Positions 53,791 through 64,000 of a stretch of DNA of 64,000 nucleotides are shown here, one piece after another. The stretch is from the human T2T-CHM13v2.0 reference genome, Homo sapiens. Below the pieces are notes generated by a model. That model did no database searches, was not told where the DNA came from, and saw only the letters and a list, made by a program, of their open reading frames with translations. Numbering within the stretch: position 1 is the first letter of the stretch; every line of letters begins with the position of its first letter. Location of the stretch: NCBI RefSeq assembly GCF_009914755.1, contig NC_060937.1, one strand, 5' to 3'. The translations under genes and the position numbers were made by a program.

Positions 53791-53857
53791 AGCCAAAGGC
53801 TAGTTTCTAGGCGCTCTTTTGGTTTGATTTTGAAATCTGAAAAATCAGCATTGAAGT

Positions 53858-53861
<4 letters not shown>

Positions 53862-53888
<27 letters not shown>
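53862..53888. repeat. (TG)n microsatellite
   Basis: About 13 TG units, directly visible. Confidence 0.95.
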
Positions 53889-53892
<4 letters not shown>

Positions 53893-53989
53893 AAGAAAAG
53901 TTCAGTAAACACCTTTAGCACCCAAATTAAACACTAGTTAGCATTTTTCTATATTTTTATGTTTATTCATCTATAATGCCATCATAGAT

Positions 53990-55850
53990 TTATGTATTAT
54001 CTGCTTATAATTTTTTCTGAATTATTTGATAAGTTGCAGGTATCATGGCATTCTACCCCCAAATACTCCAGCTTGCATTTACTAAAAATAAGAACATTTT
54101 CGTGTATCAACATAATGCCATAATCACACCCAAGAAAAATAATAATTTCTTATATAATATCTAATTTAAAGTAACATTTTCCTATTATTTCCAGAATATT
54201 TTTAAAGCTAGATACCTTCTTTGATTCTATGCCAACAAAAATTCAGACACCCTAGTTATGTCTCTTTAGTCTCTTTTTTAAAAAATCACATCTATTAAGA
54301 TAAAATTTGAATTCAATGAATCGCACCCATTTAAAGTATACACTTTAGTGCATATTGCCCATACATGCATGTTTGATTCTAACTTCATGATCAAGATACA
54401 AAACAATATCATCATCTCCAAAATATTTCCTCATGTCCCTTGACTATTCATCTCTCCTTCCATCAGCCCATAGGCAACCACTGAGCTACTTTCTGTTGTT
54501 AAAAGTTAGTTTGCATTTCCTATAATGTAATATAAAAGGAATGTTGTACATTGTACTCTTCTGTGTCCAACATCTTTTGCTCTGCATGCTTTTGAGATTC
54601 ATCCATGCTGTTGCATATAGTAGTACATGTATGGATATATCACTATTTCCTTCACCATTCAACTATGGATGGTCATTTGAGTTGTTTCCATTTGAGGCTA
54701 TCATGAATAAAACTATGATGTATATTCATTCCTAAGTTTTCATGTAGGCATGTGTTTTGTTTCTCTTGAGTAAATGCAATAATACATTTAATTTTAGAAG
54801 AAACTGCGAAACAGTTTTACATAATCCTCAACAATGTCTGGGAGTTCTGGTTACTCTGTATCTGTCAAGACTTGTTTTTTTCAGAGTTTTAATTTAGCCA
54901 TTCTAATAATGTGCTCAACTTTCACTGATATCAAATTTCAGTTAAATTTTACTAGTATCAAATTTCACTGATAAGTATGTTTTGAATATTTTCATATGGT
55001 TATTGGCCATTTATACACATTCATTTGGAAAGTGAATGTTCAAATTTTATCGTATTTATTTAGGAATTTGTCTTCTCATTACTCAGAAGAACATTTATAT
55101 ATTCTTGATAGGAATCCTTTGGCAGGTATACGTATTGCAAGTAATTTTTCCCATTCCATAGCTTGCCTTTTACTTTTCTTATTGTATGCTTTGAAGGTAA
55201 AATGTTTATGGTTTTGCTAAAATCCAATTTGTAGATTATTTTTTCTTTAATGGCTCATATGTTTTGTTTGCTATATAAGCAACCTGGTGTTTTCTTCTTG
55301 GAAAATGTTTTATTACAAAGTTATTGTTTTTATATAAAAATATATATAGGTTTATTAATATTTAATGGTTTATTAATATTTTTCTTTTTTGTCAGTTTTT
55401 ATATTTCTGTCTTTCAGTGAATTTATCCATTTAATCTAAGTTTTCAATTTATTGGCATAGAGCTATTTATAATATTGTCTTATTGCCTTTATAATCAAGG
55501 AATCTCTAGTTGTGCTCACTCTAATTTAGAATATTGTAATTTGTTTATTACTTGTGTTTTTAACATAAATGTTTGTGTACATTGTTGTTTATAAATTTCA
55601 GTGATCTTTCCAAGAAGTCAGCTTTTGGCCTCATTGATTTTTCTCTATAGTTTGTTTTTTTATTTCCTTTATTTTAGCCCTTATATTTATTAATTTATTT
55701 GTGCCATGTTGTGTTCTTCTTTTCCTAGATTCATAAGGAGAACTCTTAGATCATTGATTTTTAGCATTTTATTTTGTTATTATTTTGCTTAAAATATTTT
55801 TTAAATTTATTTGTGATTCCTTATTTTACCTATGGTTTAGAAACAAGTTG
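53990..55850 (-). mobile_element. Old L1M (MC/MD/ME-type) fragments
   Basis: Antisense L1 3' phrases: cccataggcaaccactg, ttgagattcatccatgctgttgca, gttgtttccatttgaggctat, gtaatttttcccattccatagcttgcc. Confidence 0.8.
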
Positions 55851-55999
55851 TTTGTTCTCCACATACTGAATGTATATAATGAATGTTCTGTCAAAGTCGT
55901 TAAGTAGTTCTTAAAATGAAATTAACAGAAGAGGGAGCTTTGTAAAGGTAAACAAGGATTTCTGAACTTCAAAATTATGGATCAAGTAATTTTCTATAA

Positions 56000-57330
56000 A
56001 AATAAGCATAGCAAAATATTTAGGCCCAATCCCATAGTAAGATATTGTAAGACAAAAGAGAATGAGACAAATAACATCCCTAGAGGTAATAAAAACTAGT
56101 CAAATAAAATAAATAAAAATATCAACTTGTATTTCAAAACTAGCTAAATGACATTAAGAATATAATGCAAAACATGGAATAACATTATAAAACAGAATTA
56201 GAAAAACTCAAAAATTAGGCACTATACCATAGGGAAAAATAGAAATGAAAGAAAATAATAATTTCAGAAATGAAGACTAAACTAGAAATATCAAAAGAAC
56301 AAATAAACACATGGATAATGCTTTAAGAAAAACCGAAGTTGAAAGTAGAAAAAAATTGAGAAAGAGAAATGCAGAAAGAAATACAAATAATTTGAGAGAG
56401 AAATTGAAACGTGGAATATGAATAAAGAACTTCTTAAATATGGTTAATAGGCATCTCTAAAGAAAAAAAAAGCAAGGGAAAGAACTGATACTAAAATCTA
56501 TAATTCAGAAAAAGTTTCTGCAGTGAGAAAAAGATGAAAAAGATTTCAAACTACGTGTTGGAACAGCATACCAAATGCCACATTGACCAGAATTAACCAA
56601 GACCAAAATATGTTCTAATAAAACTACCAGATTCTAAAGAAAAAGAAAGAAAAAATAACAACTGGGCATCCAGAAAGAACAGTAAGTGACACTGGAAAAA
56701 GAAAACTATGTTAGCATCCCTATTTTTGGCAAGTATAGTTTACTCCAGAAGAAAATGAGGCTACATAGTTCATGTGGTTTGGCTCTGTGTCACCACCTTG
56801 AATTGTAATCCCCACGTGTTGAGGGAGAAACCCAGTGGGAGGTGATTGGATCACGGGGGTGGTTTCCCTCATGCTGTTCTCATGATAGTGAGTGAGCTCT
56901 CATGATATCTGATGGTTTAAAAGTGGCACTTCTGCCTTTGCTCGTTTTCTCCTGCCGCCATAAAAGACTTGCTTTGCTTCCCCTTCTGCCATGATTTAAG
57001 TTTCCTGAAGTCCCTGCAGCCGAGTAGAACTGTGAGTCAATTAAACCTCCTTCCTTTGTGAATTACCTAGTCTCAGGTAGTTCTTTTTGGCAGTGTGAAA
57101 ACGAACTAATTCAGCAGTTAAGATAATCAAGAAAAAAATAACTTGTGAGCCCACAATTTTCTATCTAAAAAAATCACCTTCCAGTATAAAAGGCGTAGAC
57201 AAACTGTTATCTATAAGGAAGAACTCAGGGAATATTGAGTAATCTAATAAAGAAACAGCCTAAAACAACCAAAATGCCTAGAGAGAAGAGACAGGTGGTA
57301 CACATTAAACACTGGTGGGAAGCATTAAAA
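56000..57330 (+). mobile_element. HAL1/L1M ORF1-like relic interrupted by an LTR
   Basis: Very A-rich, degenerate ORF1-like sequence (atttcagaaatgaagactaaactagaa, ataattcagaaaaagtttc, ccagaagaaaatg) on both sides of the LTR. Confidence 0.6.
56770..57113 (+). mobile_element. MSTA/THE1D-like solo LTR
   Basis: tggtttggctctgtgtc...gggaggtgattggatca...aactgtgagtcaattaaacctc...gcagtgtgaaaacgaactaattca, with a degenerate TSD atagt/gcagt. Confidence 0.92.
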
Positions 57331-57439
57331 ACATAGTTACTTTTGTTGACAAGTCTTACTTTAGTACGAAGACTAGAACAAGTCTTAGTGTAGAACTATG
57401 ACTAAATGCAGGTTAATGGGGGAAAAGTATGAAATGTAA

Positions 57440-57480
57440 TTATATATATAGAGAGAGAGAGCGCGAGGGGAGAGAGAGAG
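57440..57480. repeat. (TA)n(GA)n microsatellite
   Basis: Directly visible. Confidence 0.85.
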
Positions 57481-58883
57481 TAGTGATGGACAATCAAATT
57501 ACATTTTCACTTTAAAGAAAATAATATACTATAGTGATGTCTACTAGTATCTTATAAGTAAGAGTAATTATAATAATATTAGCAATTGCCTTGCTGCTTC
57601 TGTGCCAGGCATAATTGGGTGCCATGTATCAGGGTGATCCTTTTCCCCACCCAGGGTTTTGCTTAGATGGTTCTCCCTTAAAAATGCTTTTGCCACTGTC
57701 TTCTAGTTTCCCAGCCCTTCCCTTTTGGTGGAAGGCTTCCAAAACCAAGACTGAAAGTCAAGTTTGTTTATGCTGATGTGTACTCTCTGGACATTTTTCT
57801 TGTAATAGAAATCAGTGTTATTTTATTTTACATCCTGATATTTTATATATTTTATCTAAATTTGTTTGAATATGTTTGGTAATTTACATATGTAGCCTTT
57901 AGCTTACAAAAAAATTAACACACACATTAAATCTTCAATTTTATCTAATCTAATACACTGATGAGATTTTGATTCTTTAGGTTGGCTATTGACCTAAAAA
58001 CACATTTTTGGGATATGTCGCATGTAAGCAGCAACAGTTTCTAATGAAATCTTCTTGGACTGACTATCAACTTCAAATTCTTGAAGGGCAAACCACATTT
58101 ACTTAGTGTCTGGTTGGGTCTAGATTCATCTTAAAAAATCACTAAGAAAAGTAAAATCATGTTCGAAAGTCCATGGAGGTTTCTTGTCTTTCTTTCTTTG
58201 AACTACTAGAGGAGCTGTAATATAGGAAGAAATATTAGAGGATTTTTTTTTATTTTAAAAACTTTGGAGGCATACAGGATAAACTTTCAATAATGGCTAA
58301 GTTTATGAAATTTAACTGAAATGTGTGTACTATATATTTAGTTGTAACTGTTGATTTTAAAAAAACGTATACTAGTTGGTTCTAATCAGAAATTGTCAAT
58401 ATTTATGTAATGTAAGTGACTAAAAGTTATGGAATACAAAAAAGTAAACAATTGTTTACATGATATGTTTTCGGGGCTCTGATATTTCTGCTGCTGCTCC
58501 ACTGAATTGCAGTTTAACTTAGCTGTAACTTAAAGCTTCAGTTTCAGTTTTTGCTAATCATTAATATTCATTCACTTATTCAGTTCTTAAATATTTATCC
58601 AGGTCCTGCTACTTTTGTGGGTGTGATATTGTGCTGTTTTAAAGCAATACTCTGGAAAGGATTAAAAAGCCATTAACAATATAGAGTGAAGTCAAGGTCA
58701 GTGAGTAGGATTTTGCAGAATTGGAAGTAAGACATTTGCACTCGAAAACAGGGGTAGTTGGTTTCTGGAACACGCTACACCCGATTACTTCATAGCGTAT
58801 TTTTTTGGGGGGGGGGATTTACTTTATTTCTTAAGTAGTTTAGGTATTTTATTAGTGATTTTGATTTTTCTTGAAGGTTTTAT

Positions 58884-58908
58884 TTTTTTTATTTTGTTAT
58901 TTATTTTG

Positions 58909-58943
<35 letters not shown>

Positions 58944-59233
58944 TGTTTTTTAGACGGAGTCTCGCTCTGTGGCTCAGGCTGGGGTGCAGTGGTGCGATCT
59001 TGACTCACTGCAAGCTCCGCCTCCCAAGGTTCATGCCATTCTCCTGCCTCAGCCTCCCAAGTAGCTGGGACAACAGGCGCCTGCCACAGGCCTGGCTAAT
59101 TTTTTTTATTTTTTTGGTAGAGACGGGGTTTCACCATGTTAGCCAGGATGGTCTCGATTTCCTGACCTCGTGATCTGCCCACCTCGGCCTCCCAAAGTGC
59201 TGGGATTACAGGTGTGAGCCACCGCGCCCGGCC
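58884..59233 (-). mobile_element. AluY-type SINE with a (TTTA)n-expanded tail
   Basis: Full antisense Alu ending cgcgcccggcc at 59233, with Y diagnostics gcaagctccgcc and gccattctcc. gttttat flanks both sides. Confidence 0.96.
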
Positions 59234-61179
59234 AGTTTTATACTTTTTAATTTACTCTCCAATATTCAAGACATACAACATGCACATCTTAAAATAAGTT
59301 GTGTATCTGTATTTAAAGAACGAATTTTTTTCAAGTTATTTCTTAGAAGTTATTTATTTGAAGAGATTATTTTTAATCATATGGTTGCTGTTGAATAAAT
59401 TTTTAAAACAAAATATGTAAAGAAGTACACAAAATCATTTTCAGTAATTCTCTCCTTATCCAAGAAGGCAAGTTCTATCTTAAGAACCTGCACAGAGTAA
59501 ATATTCAGTACATTATCTATCAAGTAGTGTGTTATTCACTGCAAATTGAAAATCATCAAATTCCTAATTGTTCTGCTTAATAGATGCTTAACTATATTTT
59601 AGCAGATTCCAAATATATGTTAATATATATTTTTGGAATTCAGCATGAGTATCTTTAGATGCTAATTGCAAGTTAATCTTTCTTCCTAGAATGTAAGTTC
59701 CATGGATTATAAACGTTATTCCTATTGCAGATTTTCTAAATAGTGTTTCTGCTGGTGAAGTCTTCTTCACTCTCTGGTGCTTAAGATTAGAAAGAAAAAA
59801 GGAAAGTAACTGAACAAAAGAAATTCTTTGAACATGAAATTATCAAATGAAACTGTACATATGCAAAGGAATTTTAAACCATTGCCTTGCAAAGTCTTTT
59901 TTTGCATAACAACGTTTTGATAAAATGAAGAGACTGACCAAAGTAACAACTCTAAATAATGGCATTTCACTGCCATAAGGATGATTGTAATTATCAGTGG
60001 AAGCCTAGAGCATTAGGTCCCAACTCCTAATATTAGTTTCAATTTTTATAGCCTGGTTGTTCAAAGACATGCAATTAAACTAACCTAGTATTATTGGAAT
60101 AGAAAATAAAGAACTACTGTTGGAAACACAATTAACAATACATAATAGAGGGGCCATATTTCCAATGGCTGCATATTAAAATCAACATTGAGCTAAACTA
60201 AGCATAGGCCAAAGCTGAATATCATCATCATAGGACATACTTCTAGGATTACAAGAGTGTATCTGAAAGTGACTACCACTTTAATGATATTAATTTTATC
60301 ATTAAAAGGTTTTATGGTCAAATTTCAAAATCATGGCATTGTAATGTAGGGTGAAAGTTCCTCAGCACTGCCATGTGATTATTTCTGCAATGAACCTGCT
60401 GCACATTTGCCATTCTAAAAGGACACTGACTTTCAACTTGTGTCTCTGGAAGAGCCAGACCCACCTCTGCTAGTATAGCTTACTGCTAATAGTCATGCTG
60501 CAGTAACAACATTATCAAGCTTTTCTCCTTCTCTCAAAGAAAATGATTCAGGTAATGCTTTGCTTCCTTTGCAACCCAGGGATTGGACCTACTGTCTTCA
60601 AACAAAGCTCTGTGCAGTGTTGGTAGAAATGGTTTCTGAATATTTTTAGAAGCAGACTTAAAACTGTAGCATGATTTCTTGTATTTTCCACAAATGCACT
60701 TGATGCTTTACTCATTCATTGAGATACGTAATCCTTCAAGTCTGGATCCTTCCCTATATTTGATGTTAAATAAATGTTAAATGTATTGGTTAAAACTTTT
60801 TGATTAGAAGTTAAGTGTAAATCCAAACACTAAGTTTTGTTCATATTATTCACATTCTGAAACTCATTTGGTATGATATTAAACTTTATAACAGAGAAGA
60901 CTTTGCAGCAGGTAATTGAGTATTATGATTTCCAATGCTGAAGTACAATAAAAGAGTTTGGCTAAGCATCTTGGCTAAGGCCTAACATTAGTGTTTTCCT
61001 AATATGATTCATAAAACATTCTTTTCTAATAAAAACAATCTATTTGGCTGCTACTTTGGACACCTTGAAATCAAAGAAGATTAAATATTCCATTAATAAT
61101 GTTAAATTAGTAAAGTAGGAAATGGTCCAATTGTTCAAATCTTTGCCTATTTTCCAAGTTAAAAAATAAGCCACTAAGG

Positions 61180-62150
61180 CAACAAAGAAGAAATAATCAG
61201 AGATAGAAAGGCATTCAGAAAATAGTGTGTCAGGGAAGACAAAGATAGTTTTTCAAAGAAAAAATAACTGGCCAACAGCATCATAATCAGCGCAGTCTAA
61301 TTAAACAAATATAGACTACCGTTCTTGTATCCACAGCACAAATGTCATTGTCAACGTTGAAAAGAATAGGTTCAGGGAGTAATGACAGCAAAAGTTTGGA
61401 AGGGGAGAACCATTAATGGGTGGGGAGGAAGGAGAAACAGCAGGCATAGGCTACTCTTTCCAGAAGCTTGGGTTGGGAAGGAAAGGATAAAACAAGAAAT
61501 AGGTACGTAAGTCTTAGAATTGAGAAAGGTTGCTTTCATGTTTGCTTTTGTTTTTTAGAAGAAGAAATAGGTAGGAATGGTTTTAGGTTGAGGGCAACAC
61601 ACTAAAAGATAAGACAATTTAAAAGTGTAAGAGAAAGATGGATCCAAATCCAGGAGGAAATAGAAGAAGGACTCCAAGATTCACATACACCAGTAAGGAA
61701 TCAACAGGCAGTTTCCTGTTTCCTCTAAAAATGGAAAGACCCTGGAAAGGGTCAGTGCAGAGGTTGGACAGTCACAACTGACAGGACCAGTGAGAAGAAA
61801 TCTTAGTTCATGATGGCCTCCATCTTCTTGATGAAGCAGAAAAAAAGGCAGCCTGTTAGCACTGAAAAGGCTGAAGCTTAGGAAGAGGGTGTTAAATGTT
61901 CATAAAGGTCAAAAAGTTGAAAGAAGGTGTTGGAGGGTTTTTTAAGGCCGTAAAGGGCTTATTAAGCTGTGTTGAGTGCTCAGAGAAATCTGGAGACCAT
62001 GATTTTCATTCCATAAATCTGCACATAAGTACAATTTTTTTCCAGCAGTAATTATTAATCCAGGTGGAGAGGAGAGATTGTGAAATTAACCCAGGGTAAA
62101 ATAAAACAGTGTAACATAAGATGTTCTGGTGGTGCTACAGCAAGGAGAGA
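61180..62150 (-). mobile_element. L2 body relic
   Basis: tagtgtgtcagggaag...ggccaacagcatca...gtcattgtcaacgttga...actctttccagaagcttgg...gatggcctccatcttcttgatgaag. Confidence 0.65.
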
Positions 62151-63248
62151 TGGAGCATTTGTCAAAGATGATTGTGACCACCATGCTTATGGCCTTCATT
62201 CTGTAGCTTTGTTTGTCATATTCCTCTTGTCTTCACAGTATCTTCGTCAGAAGCATCATTGCTTTTACTCCACTTGGGATTGGCTTTCCATAATTGACCC
62301 CAGAAAGAGGCTTTTCTTTCTCTGCTGTCATTGGCCCTTAGCTGCATTATGCTCAATATATCTACGTGGTGATAATGCCCTATTAAAGGTGAATCTTCAC
62401 AGATGATATTTTAGGAATCTTAAGTATGTTTTTATTAACTCAAAAAAAAGAGCAAACTTTCACCTACTCCAGCAGAAGACTAGGAAAAGTGTACTCTGAT
62501 GTTACCCAGACATTACCTTTTGATGAGGCTTCACCCACTCTTTCAGAGCTCCAGGAGGCTGTGTTCTTCTGGGAGTGCTTGGAGTTAATGCTAGACCTTA
62601 TAGTTAGAGAATATGATGTTAGCTGGCAGAGACATCCTGGTCAAATTATTTTAGTTTAAACTTTCAACCTCTCTCAAAACATCTTTGAATCCCTATTAAA
62701 TTCATGACCAGACAGTTTTCTAAAATTCCTCTGACTTGAGAATCTAGGCTGACTCAGAGCTTGTCCTTGTGAAAACTTTATCTAAACTTAATCTAGGTTC
62801 AGACTCTTTCCTTAAGGATAAGTTGAGAGTTCATATATCAGAACTGAAAACATGTTGAAGCTAATTGACATAATCTTCACAAACAACAACAATGACAATA
62901 ACAATAACAACTTGTTCGGAGATATTCTTAAGCTCTTCAAAGATGATTTGATTCCAAAAACTTTTGCGAAGAGTCTGAAAAAAATTTTTCCTTGCAAAAT
63001 TTTGCAATTCGAATCTCTTCTTCATAATCATTCTTAAAAGTCCAAGTGAAAAGTTCTCATATGGCTGTTAGGAACTATAAGTTGAATATTGATAATTGGC
63101 TTAATTTGTGTTGAAATAGAGTTTTTAAAGTATATTTCTCATGGTTAGTTCTGTACTTTAGCTTTTGAAATAGATTTTGTGTTTGATCCTCAATTTATTC
63201 TCTTTACCTTAAATATGAATATCTGGGGAAGGTTGGTGGCCCTTTTCT

Positions 63249-63350
63249 ATCTTTTTTTTTAAATTATACTTTAAGTTTTAGGGTACATGTGCACATTGTG
63301 CAGGTTAGTTACATATGTATACATGAGATACCATCTCACACCAGTTAGAA
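63249..63350 (-). mobile_element. ~100-bp young L1 (L1PA2-like) with a 5' inversion and 12-bp TSD
   Basis: T-tail, antisense 3' terminus (tttaagttttagggtacatgtgcacattgtgcaggttagttacatatgtatacatg), then sense ORF2 piece agataccatctcacaccagttagaa. TSD tggcccttttct at 63237-63248 and 63351-63362. Confidence 0.95.
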
Positions 63351-63689
63351 TGGCCCTTTTCTTTTAAAAGGACTCTGCGTGGCAAATAATCAAAAGACTA
63401 GGCTATACTTGTTTCTTCTAAAAACAGTATTTGTACCCTATCCCTCCCTGAAGTCAGGCTTACTAATAGAACAAATTGTATTTTTATTTTTAACTTCTAG
63501 ACGCTTTCAGTTTCCAGAAGAGGAAATATAAAAAACAACAACTATTTTCACCAGAGTGACTAATACAGGAAAGATTATTTAGCATAATTTCTAAACATAT
63601 ATAATTGTAAAATAAATAACCATGAGGGCACGCATTTTCTTGAAAGCATTATTGAGAAGAGGCAAAATTGAGAGCAATTGTTGAAGCTG

Positions 63690-63800
63690 AGTAGTATTGT
63701 AGAAAAGAGAAGACCATGGATATTAAGATTGAGTATAACTTTATGATTTGAGGCAAGTCAGTTGGTCTCCCTGTTCTAAATGTTGGCTTTCTCATTCTCA
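63690..63800 (+). mobile_element. MIR relic
   Basis: gtagtattgtagaaaagag...tgatttgaggcaagtca...gctttctcatt. Confidence 0.5.
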
Positions 63801-64000
63801 ACTCATAAGTTGTGGTCAATAATTCATTGTGCTAATAAATTTGAGGACCTAGGTACAATATGTATTCCTTTCTTACCCTCAGGATTTTTAATCTGCCTCA
63901 TAAAGACTTCTGAGTAAATTGATGCAAGACTTCTATTATTTCCCTATGGTTGTCTCACTAGTAAATAATACCTTTCAATACAGAAGATGATTTCTGGTCA

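Noticed and set aside
55349-55381. 15-bp direct repeat ggtttattaatattt
   Set aside because: Ordinary slippage in very AT-rich sequence.

Overview
AT-rich primate genomic DNA, most likely hominid (AluY-type elements and an L1PA2-like 3' end). I find no supportable protein-coding gene, structural RNA gene, CpG island or CRISPR array, so the window reads as intergenic or deep intronic. It is dominated by decayed transposable elements: a near full-length ~7.6-kb L1MA-type LINE-1 inserted into an L2, several truncated L1PA/L1PB/L1M copies, two AluY-type SINEs, THE1/MST/MLT1 solo LTRs, MER3/MER5 DNA transposons, and L2/MIR relics. The ORFs in the supplied track are L1/Alu/LTR remnants or chance ORFs. 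The most notable structures are mechanistic scars. Three separate 5'-inverted (twin-primed) L1 insertions have readable TSDs, including a ~100-bp young one. Two locally templated fold-back or patchwork insertions lie inside the old L1. One Alu carries the 12-bp Yd/Yc-lineage deletion. There are also local duplications of about 20, 40, 86, 169 and 265 bp. I found no evidence for a new biological system. Subfamily names come from my recollection of consensus sequences and need RepeatMasker/Dfam confirmation.
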